From Candidatus Thorarchaeota archaeon (lineage in GTDB: Archaea; Asgardarchaeota; Thorarchaeia; Thorarchaeales; Thorarchaeaceae): a stretch of DNA of 18,466 nucleotides. The notes under the pieces were generated by a model. That model made no database searches, had not been told where the DNA came from, and saw nothing but the letters and a program-made list of their open reading frames with translations. A program made the position numbers and the translations under genes. How positions within the stretch are numbered: position 1 is the stretch's first letter; each line of letters opens with the position of its first letter. Shown here piece by piece: positions 6,933 to 16,217 of the stretch. Location of the stretch: NCBI GenBank assembly GCA_048884965.1, contig JBHLQH010000049.1, positions 1 through 18,466 on the forward strand, read 5' to 3'.

Positions 6933-7316
6933 CTATGCAGCCTTTGTGATGAGTTCTTCGAGAGGTGTTGAGCCCTTTTCCTCAACTCGCATATTGACCT
7001 GAGAGATCTCACTGCTCAGCTCTCTGCCACGAACCATCTTTCGTCGGGCAATTCCGTCCCTGTCTGGCTTGAAACCAGGAGGGCCTCGGATGAGAATTCT
7101 TTTCTTACCGCTTCCATGGACATCTGGACGGATTGGAAAACCAGATCTGTCACTTCCACCGGTAATCTTGAGCTTGTATCCAGGTAGACCAAGGGCATCG
7201 CCTTCTACTATCTCTCCAACTGCTTTACCGACTAGAACGTTCGTCTTAGCATCATCCAACTCGTATTGGATAGCTTTTGCGGTTTCTGGGTCACTGATTA
7301 CTAGTTTGAAGGGCAA
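6933..7316 (-). CDS. rps6e: 30S ribosomal protein S6e
   Basis: FKLVISDP...GYKLKITGGSDRSGFP...RRKMVRG; TTG start. Confidence 0.97.
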   Translation of the reverse strand: MPFKLVISDPETAKAIQYELDDAKTNVLVGKAVGEIVEGDALGLPGYKLKITGGSDRSGFPIRPDVHGSGKKRILIRGPPGFKPDRDGIARRKMVRGRELSSEISQVNMRVEEKGSTPLEELITKAA

Positions 7317-7389
7317 TTGTGATTTCGCCTACCTATGGTTATTACCGTCGTCCGTTACCCGGACAACAGCGCTAGCGTCATGATTTCAG

Positions 7390-7456
7390 TTTATGAACGT
7401 TTTGTTCTAGCTTCTTATTTGTAGTACAATGCAGCCCATGTCATAACCGTTATAAC
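7390..7456. promoter_or_regulatory. Divergent promoter region (rps6e / site-2 protease)
   Basis: Minus strand AAAAACG-TTCATAAA near 7390-7404; plus strand AACCG-TTATAA near 7445-7455. Confidence 0.4.
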
Positions 7457-7497
7457 GTCATAAGCATCGCCCGATGTAATCAACTTTGACAGCGTGA

Positions 7498-8661
7498 TTG
7501 ACCATGGACATGTACCAAGCCCTTCTTCTGATTTTTGTCATCTATATCCTTGTGTATATCATAGCACAGGCTCTTGGAATAGAGAAACTGCAGGAGAAAG
7601 GTGTTGAGGCAGGAACGCCATTCTTCATCATGTGGAAGACTGAACGGCTCAATGCATTCTTGACCAGAATGGGCAAGAAGTTCCCGAAAGCCTTCTTCAA
7701 TCTCGGTATTGTTGTGGCCTTTGGTGGAATGGCGATTGGCTTCTGGTTGTTCGGTGAGAACCTCCTGAGGTTCTTCTTTATGCCTGAAACTGCTGGAGGC
7801 GTGGTCCCAATTATTCCAGGCGTCACAATCCAAGGACCACAGCTCTTCTACCTCTTGATTGGTCTGGCAGTTACTCTGCTTACCCACGAATTCGCCCATG
7901 GCCTCGCTTCTGCAAAGGATGATATCCCGATCAAGGGCTCAGGACTTGTATTCTTCTTGGTGCTCTTTGGAGGTTTCGTTGAGCCTGATGAGGATGTCTT
8001 TGAACAGGAAGCCTCACCACAGGCAAGAATGCGTCTGCTTGCAGCGGGATCCTATGCTAACCTAATCTGGGCATTGTTCTTCTTCTTGCTCCTCATCAAT
8101 GTCGGTCCTGTTCTATCCTTGGGCTACAGCCCTCCAAGTGGAGCATACATCTACGATGTCGCACCAGATTCAGCAGCCTTTGGGAATATAGAGATTGGTG
8201 ATGTCATAGTTAGCCTGAATGGCACTGATATCAATACCTGGGCGGACGTTTCAATCTTCATGGCGGATAGCCTATCAAATCGAACACTGACCGTGCAAAC
8301 GCTGGATACTACCTTCGATATAACGCTCGGTATGAATTCGGTGAACCATACGCGGGGGTATATTGGCATCTACGGAGCAGACTATTGGGAGCCGAAGATA
8401 GGCTTCTTGGATCCTATGTTCCCGTTCCATTACCAGATGACCCTGCAATGGACCTTCTTGATCCTCTTCTCAGTGGCATTGTTCAACCTCTTGCCTATAC
8501 CCTTCTTGGACGGCGATAAGCTACTCTCGAACGCCCTTAGTCTTCGGATCAAGGATGAGAGGAAGCTGAAGTATATCATGTATCCTGCACGAATCATTGC
8601 ATTCCTGATAGTGATACTGAGCATTGTACTTACGTTTCTGACAGGTAAAGTGCTGTTCTGA
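7498..8661 (+). CDS. Site-2 protease (M50 intramembrane zinc metalloprotease) with PDZ domain
   Basis: HEFAH, GGFVEPDE, AAGSYANL, PDZ-like GDVIVSLNG, NLLPIPFLDGD; multiple TM segments. Confidence 0.93.
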   Translation: MTMDMYQALLLIFVIYILVYIIAQALGIEKLQEKGVEAGTPFFIMWKTERLNAFLTRMGKKFPKAFFNLGIVVAFGGMAIGFWLFGENLLRFFFMPETAGGVVPIIPGVTIQGPQLFYLLIGLAVTLLTHEFAHGLASAKDDIPIKGSGLVFFLVLFGGFVEPDEDVFEQEASPQARMRLLAAGSYANLIWALFFFLLLINVGPVLSLGYSPPSGAYIYDVAPDSAAFGNIEIGDVIVSLNGTDINTWADVSIFMADSLSNRTLTVQTLDTTFDITLGMNSVNHTRGYIGIYGADYWEPKIGFLDPMFPFHYQMTLQWTFLILFSVALFNLLPIPFLDGDKLLSNALSLRIKDERKLKYIMYPARIIAFLIVILSIVLTFLTGKVLF

Positions 8662-8709
8662 GATTATTATCTGACTAAATAAGGGGAAAATCGTACATCT
8701 TCTTGATGT

Positions 8710-9120
8710 ATGATGATTACCTCACAATTAGCTGCATCACGAGATATCAAAGAAAGGACCAGAAAGGTACTCACAGACTATCTATCGATGTTCCTCCCAG
8801 GGTCATGGCAAGAGCCCATGGCTAGAATCAAGCTACTCCTCCACGCCAATATAGACCTAGATTGGGAAGCCCTCAAGGGATATGCTCTGCAGATATATGA
8901 TGAAAGACGTCACTCAACGGATAGAGTGGAGTTGCTCGCACGTGTCGAGCGATTAGCCGAAACCTGTAAGGAGTTCCATGCTACATTCCCTCCAACTGAA
9001 TGGAACAAAGGAATAGATGAAGTCATTCTGGCAGCCAACTTCCGCGTTTCCAAGATCGCTGTCCAGTCAAGGGACTTTCTCATATCGGATGATGAAAGAA
9101 AAGACAATGATGAAGAGTAG
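8710..9120 (+). CDS. Hypothetical alpha-helical protein with acidic C-terminus
   Basis: 136-aa ORF filling the gap, protein-like composition; no recognised motif. Confidence 0.7.
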   Translation: MMITSQLAASRDIKERTRKVLTDYLSMFLPGSWQEPMARIKLLLHANIDLDWEALKGYALQIYDERRHSTDRVELLARVERLAETCKEFHATFPPTEWNKGIDEVILAANFRVSKIAVQSRDFLISDDERKDNDEE

Positions 9121-9189
9121 AGCTGGACTAGAACTGGTATGGACCAATAAGTAATCTTAACAGTGAACGCATGATTCCTCCAATTAGTC

Positions 9190-10140
9190 TTGGCTGGAGT
9201 CATGTCTATGTCCGTACAGTGCTCGAAGTGTGAACGTCAAGCAGTCTATCTTCGTAGATATACGGCCGAACGACTCTGTGAATCGTGTCTTGTCCAAACG
9301 ACCATTGATAGGGTACGCAGAACTATCAATCGGCAGAAGATGCTGAAGGAAAATGACAGGATCGTCATCGGCGTCTCAGGTGGAAAGGATAGTGCGGTCC
9401 TTCTGGATGTACTGAGTAGAATCGAGCAGAAGTATCCTAAAAGCGAACTAATCCCTGTAACCATTGATGAAGGGATACGAGGATACAGAGACCAAGCACT
9501 AGAGGCTGCGAAAGCCCTTACTAGGTCACTAGGACTAGACCTAGAGATTCGCTCCTTCGAGGATCTCTTTGGACTGTCCTTGGATGGGATGGTAGAAGAC
9601 AGGACTGGGAAGGAACGTCTTGGAGCGTGCTCCTATTGTGGTGTGTTTAGGCGCAAGGCACTGAACTTGGCTGCGCAAGAGCTGGAAGCCGATGTTGTAG
9701 CCACAGGTCACAACATGGACGATGAAGCTCAGACGATAATGATGAATATAATGAGAGGGGACGGAAGGAGAATAGCCCGAACGAATAGACTCAGGGAGAA
9801 TGCGATCTCAGGATTCGTGCCGCGTGTCAAGCCAATCTCAGAGCTGAGTGAGCGTGATGTTGTCGCGTATGCGCATTATGGGCGCCTCCAATATCACGAT
9901 GTTCCATGTCCGTATGCCATAGAAGCATACAGGAATGACCTCCGTAATTTCTTGAATGATATGGAGCACAAGAGACCTGGCACCCTAACAGCCATTCTTC
10001 GCTCGGGAGAAGCCATTGCAGAAGCCTTTATTGAGAGGGCAGAAGGAATTCCAGATAGTACCTGTTCAGTATGTGGAGATCCATCACCTTCTAAGATATG
10101 CAAGGCGTGCCAATTGCTTGATGAGCTAGGTCAAGGATGA
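9190..10140 (+). CDS. ttuA: tRNA 2-thiolation protein, TtuA/Ncs6(Ctu1) family
   Basis: N-terminal zinc finger, PP-loop SGGKDS, CSYCGVFRR, TGHNMDDEAQT, CPY, C-terminal CxxC..CxxC; real start may be ATG 9202 or 9208. Confidence 0.9.
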   Translation: MAGVMSMSVQCSKCERQAVYLRRYTAERLCESCLVQTTIDRVRRTINRQKMLKENDRIVIGVSGGKDSAVLLDVLSRIEQKYPKSELIPVTIDEGIRGYRDQALEAAKALTRSLGLDLEIRSFEDLFGLSLDGMVEDRTGKERLGACSYCGVFRRKALNLAAQELEADVVATGHNMDDEAQTIMMNIMRGDGRRIARTNRLRENAISGFVPRVKPISELSERDVVAYAHYGRLQYHDVPCPYAIEAYRNDLRNFLNDMEHKRPGTLTAILRSGEAIAEAFIERAEGIPDSTCSVCGDPSPSKICKACQLLDELGQG

Positions 10141-10848
10141 ATGATTGCTTTGTCACGAAAACCTGAGGTGCTTCATGAGAGAAGGGTCATTATCTATGAT
10201 TCCAATCACTGGAAGAGACTCGATGAGCTCAGAAGTAAGGCATCCGAGGTGCTCTTACAGCTGAAGAGCGCAGGAATGGACGCGTATGTCTATGGTTCTG
10301 TCGCACGAGGGGACACCAGTAGGACCTCTGACATAGACATTGTCATCCTAGATGTAATTCCCAGCTATAGGGTGGAGCTGTCCCTAGGAAAAGGTGTCAA
10401 ACGAGAGTTGATTCAAGCGACGCCATCGTCAGTACTCAAAGCACATTTGCACTTGGATATTGAAACGGTTGTCAGTTTTCCGCTGTTCAAGATGATGTCA
10501 AGAGAACGGGAATTCTACCAGTGGGGAGGGCTGGCATCCTTGCAAGATCTGTCATCCCAAACTCGGAAGCCCGGGGTCGATAAGAGATTGGTCCTCATTG
10601 AGCCAACAGATTCTGGTCACACGGAGCAGGGGGTCATTGATTATGAATGGTACGTATCCAAGACTCTAGGGGTCAGTCTAGCAATAGCTCAGGAGAGAGT
10701 GAGAGTCTTAAAGCGAAGAGATGCAGTAGGACGTACCGGCGTATATCGTACGTATCAATTAGCAGATGATGAAACGTTCGAAATAGCAGCAAAGAAACTC
10801 ACTGATAGCGATCCTGCCTTGCGAAGGACTATCCGGAGAAGGGAGTAG
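10141..10848 (+). CDS. Pol-beta superfamily nucleotidyltransferase (archaeal COG2413-like)
   Basis: YGSVARGD...SDIDI, EREFYQWGG, GVDKRLVLIEP, ERVRVLKRRD.VGRTG. Confidence 0.85.
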   Translation: MIALSRKPEVLHERRVIIYDSNHWKRLDELRSKASEVLLQLKSAGMDAYVYGSVARGDTSRTSDIDIVILDVIPSYRVELSLGKGVKRELIQATPSSVLKAHLHLDIETVVSFPLFKMMSREREFYQWGGLASLQDLSSQTRKPGVDKRLVLIEPTDSGHTEQGVIDYEWYVSKTLGVSLAIAQERVRVLKRRDAVGRTGVYRTYQLADDETFEIAAKKLTDSDPALRRTIRRRE

Positions 10849-10857
10849 TGACTAATC

Positions 10858-11976
10858 ATGACAAAGCGTAAGATTCGGGAACTTGCTGGGGACTCCATTG
10901 CAATAGGGGACCTCCCACTTGGATGCAAGCTGTGTGCAAAAGGATCGAAAATGGTGCTATTTGTCACAGGTCTTTGTGACAGCTCCTGCTACTACTGTCC
11001 ACTTTCCTCCGAGAAGGCCGGAAAGGATTTCGTCTTTGCTGATGAGCTGCCGGTCTCTGATGATGATGATATCATCTATGAGCTTAGGGCGATAGGAGCA
11101 GAGGGAGCTGGCCTTAGTGGCGGGGATCCTCTGTGCGATATGGACAGGACTCTTCGTTATATCAATCTCCTCAAGGCTGAAGGTGGAAAGAAGTTCCATT
11201 TGCATCTGTATACAAGTAAGGCCGATGTCAATAGCAGCGACCTTGAAAGGTTGCGAGCAGCGGGGTTGGATGAGATACGATTCCATCCACAGGGAACAGA
11301 TTGGTCTGGAATCATCCGTGCAGTCGAAATGGGGATGATTGTTGGAATAGAGTTGCCAGTGATTCCAGGTCAATCGGCGCGACTCATAGAAGTCGCCAAA
11401 AGAGCTGAGGACATGGGGGTGTCTTTCCTTAACCTCAACGAGCTTGAGTCCAGTGAAACGAATTTTGAGCGATTGGTTTCCATGGGAATGCGTTTGACCA
11501 GCTTGGAGAAGTCGAGCATTCAGGGGAGTGCTGAAACGGCAAGGAACGTGATTGACTGGGCGTCCGAGAACCTCAAGCACCTTACCGTTCACTTTTGTTC
11601 AGCCAGATACAAGGATGCCGTGCAACTGCGTAGCAGGCTTGAGAGAAGATTGTCCAATGTGATTAGACCCTTCGAGGAACGAGATGAGGATGAGCCCTTG
11701 GTCATTCTCGGGGTTATCAGAGCTCCACATAGACAGAAACTCTCTGAAGAGCACCTTGCATTCCTAGAGGACAAGCTCACGAATGCATTTGATGTGCCTT
11801 CGGATCTGATGAATGTGGACTGGGAACGAAACCGAATAGAGATAGCACCTTGGATTCTAGAGGTAATTGCAGATGACTTGCGTCGTCTATTCACATACAC
11901 ACAAGATCTTGAGATGGGCATCGGGGTCGAGTATCCCACCCATGATAGATTACAAACGCTATTTGACCCACTATGA
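10858..11976 (+). CDS. Radical SAM protein (archaeal COG2108-like)
   Basis: GCKLCAKGSKMVLFVTGLCDSSCYYCP (CxxxCxxC), GGDP, HLYT, LDEIRFH, FLNLNELE, HFCSARYKD. Confidence 0.9.
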   Translation: MTKRKIRELAGDSIAIGDLPLGCKLCAKGSKMVLFVTGLCDSSCYYCPLSSEKAGKDFVFADELPVSDDDDIIYELRAIGAEGAGLSGGDPLCDMDRTLRYINLLKAEGGKKFHLHLYTSKADVNSSDLERLRAAGLDEIRFHPQGTDWSGIIRAVEMGMIVGIELPVIPGQSARLIEVAKRAEDMGVSFLNLNELESSETNFERLVSMGMRLTSLEKSSIQGSAETARNVIDWASENLKHLTVHFCSARYKDAVQLRSRLERRLSNVIRPFEERDEDEPLVILGVIRAPHRQKLSEEHLAFLEDKLTNAFDVPSDLMNVDWERNRIEIAPWILEVIADDLRRLFTYTQDLEMGIGVEYPTHDRLQTLFDPL

Positions 11977-13065
11977 TCACTGAGCAAGCTTGTATCTGAG
12001 CAATGCTGCGATCCCTCCGAAATTCTGGAGTTGATCACCTGCAGGATGCTCGGTTGACACTATGTGGAATTTTCCGCGTGCGCTCTCAGTATCTCGGACA
12101 AGCTTATCGACCCAGCGTCTTTGTGCAGGGTCTCCCTCTCTCAATCGTTTATCTGTAATTAAGAGACTCTCAACTGCTCCATATTGCACAGCCTTGGCTA
12201 CCTCATCAGGTCCATATGCAGCAAGCCCGTCGCCCTTAGCGATATGCTCGATTATGCTCTCGACGAGTTGGGTTTCCTCTTCAAGCTTTATTCCCTCAAC
12301 AGCACTGGATATGACTCCCCTGAACAAGATCTCCTTTGCTCCAGGAACACCAATGGAGTTAGTGGCCTCTGCAATAACTGAGGGGAGGGACTTGATTCTA
12401 GCACCCATGAGATGGTCCTTATAGTGATCCTTCACAAAGCCAGGTCCTGCAATGATGATGAGGCCGATCTCATTCTGCTCCAACTGTGACTTGAGTGCGA
12501 CAGTGGTGTCCTCAAAGAATTCCTTCATCGTAGCATCGTATGCCTTCTGATCGCCACGTTTGCGTGAGAGGCTAGACTTCACTCGGACGACTTCCCTGAT
12601 ACCAAAGTCTGCTGCAAGGAATAGTTCTGCCACCTCATCCTCAATGGTAACTAAGAGGGCGATGGGACTCTTTCCAGATTTCTCTGCCTCTTTGAGTCGA
12701 TCTATGATGTATTTTGGCCAAGTATCCTTCACGATTGTCAGAGTGTCACCTACCTCTATGTTGATAGTATGATAGGAGCCAATACTCACGTACTCTGAAG
12801 GACCTTGTAGGATCGTCCCCTTGATTCTGACTCTGTTAGAGAATGAATGGAAGTTCACGTCTTCTACCTTGATGTGAAGAGTCATCGGCTTTCGAAAGCT
12901 ATCCTGCTTGCGAGCGTCATCATCCCCAACGCGCACTCTTCGGGTGGTTCTTGAGATCACTATGTCCTCAGGACCTACGACATTATAGAGGGTCCAAAGA
13001 TCGTCCAAGAACTCTATCTTAAGGGCGATTTTCCCTTCCTTGAGATTGCGTTTCAGGATTTTCAA
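11977..13065 (-). CDS. pelA: Pelota (Dom34) ribosome rescue / mRNA surveillance factor
   Basis: DDLWTLYNV, GSYHTINI, AGPGFVK, AAYGPDEV, GAVESLLI, GGIAALLRY; TTG start after GGTGA. Confidence 0.96.
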   Translation of the reverse strand: MKILKRNLKEGKIALKIEFLDDLWTLYNVVGPEDIVISRTTRRVRVGDDDARKQDSFRKPMTLHIKVEDVNFHSFSNRVRIKGTILQGPSEYVSIGSYHTINIEVGDTLTIVKDTWPKYIIDRLKEAEKSGKSPIALLVTIEDEVAELFLAADFGIREVVRVKSSLSRKRGDQKAYDATMKEFFEDTTVALKSQLEQNEIGLIIIAGPGFVKDHYKDHLMGARIKSLPSVIAEATNSIGVPGAKEILFRGVISSAVEGIKLEEETQLVESIIEHIAKGDGLAAYGPDEVAKAVQYGAVESLLITDKRLREGDPAQRRWVDKLVRDTESARGKFHIVSTEHPAGDQLQNFGGIAALLRYKLAQ

Positions 13066-13093
13066 ACTGTCACCAGTTGCTAGTCATGAAGGG

Positions 13094-14521
13094 CTAGAAG
13101 AAATAGTCTCCGTAGGTCTTCTGATGGTCTGCCTGTGCAGAAGGATACTGCTGGGAAAACCGTGAATCGATCCCCCTGCTCAGCGTTCGAGCCTTGGATA
13201 CTTGATCCGCTTCTATGATATGACCGCCTTCATCCACTGCTATGTCCCCAGCAATCCTCACCAACCCTCCAAGTTCTCGTAGACGCAGGGTGAGCGCATT
13301 TCGTTGGCCGTCCATCTGGAGCGCGTATTCCTCAGCGATCTCTAGGACCTTCCTTGCAGCCTCTGATGTCATATGAGGTATCTTCCCGTCCTCAGTAACA
13401 GTCTGAGCAATGAATTTTACGACCTTCCCAATATTGTCCTCGGTCTTGGGCATCCATGAGTCTAACATGATCTCATATCCATAGCCCCTGATACGAGAGC
13501 GTAAGGGTGGAATGACCTTAGGTAGGTCCTCAACATTGCATGCTGCGAACAATAGAAAGTCACAGGGCACATTGTCTACTCGCACTGCTGCTCCTGAGCT
13601 CTGAGGATTATGTCCAGATATGGGGTATGTCTTATCTTGCATCGCGGTAAGAAGGTGCTTTTGATATCCCCCAAGAGCGGCAATCTCATCGATGTACAAG
13701 ATGCCTTCATGGGCTTCGTGTATGGCTCCTGGTACTACTCTGAGATATGCTGCAAGACCTAGATTCTCGGCACTTCCGTATGGATCATGTTTGACATCAC
13801 CAAGCAGCTCGACTGGACTAAATCCACTCACATGAACGAACCGACTAGAGGTATGAGATACGAGCACCTTGGATGCGTTCTCATCATAAACTGGGTCATC
13901 TTGATGTGGAACTGATTCCTCGTCATAGATGATCATTATTGTGTCATCGAATCCCCGTCTGAAGGTTATTCGAGCACCTTCTTGATCGACATGGGTCACG
14001 GATGTGAGAGCAGGCTCAGAGATGACATCAAGCTCTCGCATAAGCCCTACATACGAAGCGGTCCCGCTCGTTTCAGCTCGCTTTGGATAGCCACAGTCCA
14101 TACATAGAGGGTGACTTGGAATAGACAGCGATCCGCATCGATTGCATCGATAGCCCATCTTGGAAGCGACTTCGAAAGGTAGATCCTCAGGTCGGGTATA
14201 TACTACCTCGGGAGGCCTTGATACTGCAGGACGAGCTGTCTGTTCTTCGATTATTCTTTCTACAATGATTGGCCGATCTGGCTGTGATGGACTCTGTTGG
14301 ATTACAATGTCAGAGCGAGGTGGTGGTAACAATGAATGAGCGGCCTTTGCAAGCATAGATTTGCCAATTCCCGGAACACCGCATAGCAGCACATGTCTTC
14401 GTTGTAAGACTGCAGATTTGACCAGTGATACCGCGTGATCTTGACCTATTACCATCTCCAAAGGATTGTCTGAGATCGGTACTTCTTCTGTTGTTTCAAT
14501 TCGATCGAGTATAGTCGTCAA
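13094..14521 (-). CDS. LonB-type AAA+ ATPase lacking protease domain and membrane anchor; zinc-ribbon insertion
   Basis: VIGQDHAV, Walker A GVPGIGKS, LLGDVKHDPYG, PGAIHEAHEGILYIDEI, LRSRIRGYGYE, LTLRLRELGGLVRIAGDIA; ends without a Ser-Lys domain. Confidence 0.88.
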   Translation of the reverse strand: MTTILDRIETTEEVPISDNPLEMVIGQDHAVSLVKSAVLQRRHVLLCGVPGIGKSMLAKAAHSLLPPPRSDIVIQQSPSQPDRPIIVERIIEEQTARPAVSRPPEVVYTRPEDLPFEVASKMGYRCNRCGSLSIPSHPLCMDCGYPKRAETSGTASYVGLMRELDVISEPALTSVTHVDQEGARITFRRGFDDTIMIIYDEESVPHQDDPVYDENASKVLVSHTSSRFVHVSGFSPVELLGDVKHDPYGSAENLGLAAYLRVVPGAIHEAHEGILYIDEIAALGGYQKHLLTAMQDKTYPISGHNPQSSGAAVRVDNVPCDFLLFAACNVEDLPKVIPPLRSRIRGYGYEIMLDSWMPKTEDNIGKVVKFIAQTVTEDGKIPHMTSEAARKVLEIAEEYALQMDGQRNALTLRLRELGGLVRIAGDIAVDEGGHIIEADQVSKARTLSRGIDSRFSQQYPSAQADHQKTYGDYFF

Positions 14522-14603
14522 GTCACTGGCCTCATACGAGTTAGCCGCGTGTGAATAGATACCGTCAAAGAATTGAATGTGAGTAATACACGTGTGATGG
14601 AAT

Positions 14604-14655
14604 CAAAAAGAGCAGTGAAAGGCGATAGTCTGGAACGACTAACGCCCTTCATCTG
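14604..14655 (-). terminator. Hairpin plus U-tract downstream of dnaG
   Basis: Minus strand UGAAGGGCGUUAGUC-guucca-GACUAUCGCCUUUCA followed by CUGCUCUUUUU. Confidence 0.55.
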
Positions 14656-14700
14656 ATTTGATGATCTTGAGGTGATCTGATTGATTCTAGGCTATTTCGA

Positions 14701-15990
14701 CTATTCGATATCATCGAAGGTGAGAATTTGCATTCCTCTTGGACGGTTTTCGATGTCTGCCATGGCCGCGCCAATCAACAATGCTGTGCTCCTTTTCGAT
14801 GCTGCGTCTACCAGACGCTGAGTCACAACGCCATCAAAGACAATTGCTGCAACGGTTTCCTGAGCCTCCAATGTTTTGGCCAACTCTGCGACCCCACATT
14901 CAATGATGACTTTCTTATCCGGGCCAAAGAGTATTGCTTTGAATGATTCCTTGATTTCGCTGATTTTCGCAAGATATTCCTTATCCACTTCTGGAACTGC
15001 CCGTCTTGCTGGTTGACTTCTAGCAGGTAGTTGGCTTCTAGCAGGCAACGATGGAAGAGGTTCCTCATTCTGTTCGATGGGTTTTCTTGTTTCTCGTCTT
15101 GGTCGACGTAGTGGCTTTTTCTTCTTGGTAGTGGTGGGGGCTCTTCTGTCACTGACCAATGCAAGAGCCTGTTCCGCGGGTATCCGAGTCTGGAGTGCCT
15201 TGGTGATCTCTCGGCGTGAGAGGTCCTCTACCTCTTTGCCTTCGGGAGCCCTTGCAATATAGTCCACTCTGGCTACCTGCAATAGCTCTCTTAGAATCAG
15301 ATCGCCACCGCGATCGCCATCCAGAAATGCCACGATGGTCTTCTTAGCGTCACCAGTAAGGTCTGCAATAGACTTCGAGATATGAGTCCCTTCTACCGCA
15401 ACCGTATTGTTTATTCCATTCTTCATCAGGTTGATGATGTCTGCACGGCCCTCAACAATGATTATCTCGGGCTCCTCGTTCAAACTAGGTCCTGCAGGTA
15501 ACTTGTCAGGTCCATATTTCCCAACTGATTTCTTGCTTGCCTTCGATACCGCATCCGTAATCTCTTCAGTACCGGGCGAGATATCCTCTTCCCAGCCTTT
15601 GAGAATGCTGATAGCCCTGCTGACGACCTTTCGTCGCTTGGCGCCGCGAATGTCCTCTAATTTCAAGAGGGTCACTTTTGCGGTGCAGGGTCCAACGCGA
15701 TCAACTGTTTCTAATGAAGCTGCGAGGATAGCAGTGGCGGTCTTGTTGAGTGATACAGGTATCACTATCTCACCTCTACTATTGCCACCCTCTGATTTTA
15801 TTGCAATCTGAATCCTGCCAATACGACCGGTCTTCTGAAGCTCTCGTAAGTCGAGATCCTCTCCCAATAGTCCTTCTGTCTGTCCAAAGATAGCACCAAC
15901 GACATCGGGCTGTTCGACGAAACCGTCGATCTCTATTTTAGCTCTAATAACGTATTTTGCAGTGCTTGTGTCAAAGTCTCCTGTTCCTAT
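14701..15990 (-). CDS. dnaG: Archaeal DnaG (TOPRIM; exosome-associated), start extended to ATA at 15990
   Basis: IIIVEGRAD, DGDRGG, APEGKEVE, FDGVVTQRL; conserved AKYVIRAKIEIDGFVEQPDVVGAIFGQTEGLLG lies in frame upstream of the track's TTG 15867. Confidence 0.93.
   Translation of the reverse strand: MGTGDFDTSTAKYVIRAKIEIDGFVEQPDVVGAIFGQTEGLLGEDLDLRELQKTGRIGRIQIAIKSEGGNSRGEIVIPVSLNKTATAILAASLETVDRVGPCTAKVTLLKLEDIRGAKRRKVVSRAISILKGWEEDISPGTEEITDAVSKASKKSVGKYGPDKLPAGPSLNEEPEIIIVEGRADIINLMKNGINNTVAVEGTHISKSIADLTGDAKKTIVAFLDGDRGGDLILRELLQVARVDYIARAPEGKEVEDLSRREITKALQTRIPAEQALALVSDRRAPTTTKKKKPLRRPRRETRKPIEQNEEPLPSLPARSQLPARSQPARRAVPEVDKEYLAKISEIKESFKAILFGPDKKVIIECGVAELAKTLEAQETVAAIVFDGVVTQRLVDAASKRSTALLIGAAMADIENRPRGMQILTFDDIE
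15013..15048 (-). repeat. 18-bp tandem repeat encoding LPARSQ-LPARSQ in the DnaG linker
   Basis: TTGACTTCTAGCAGGTAG / TTGGCTTCTAGCAGGCAA. Confidence 0.8.
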
Positions 15991-16217
15991 TTCTACGCAC
16001 GTCTCCTATGATTGCCGCGCGTTCCCGTACCATTCTCCGGGTTTTCAGTAACATCTATTCCCACTAGGCCGGAGCCAAATCTAATTCTTGGTCTGTTCAA
16101 TTCCCTCTGCACTACACATAGAGTATTGCCCTACTTTTTTGAATGATAATCGTGAAGATGTGACATGTGAATGATAAGAGTCCACTATACTACAAGGCGG
16201 TTTCCAATTGAACCCAA

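Noticed and set aside
10957-11592. 211-aa antisense ORF and other opposite-strand ORFs inside core genes
   Set aside because: Fully overlap well-supported genes and carry no motifs
14613-14655. SECIS element after dnaG
   Set aside because: The AUGA is fully Watson-Crick paired with no opposing GA, and no nearby gene has an in-frame UGA; a terminator fits better
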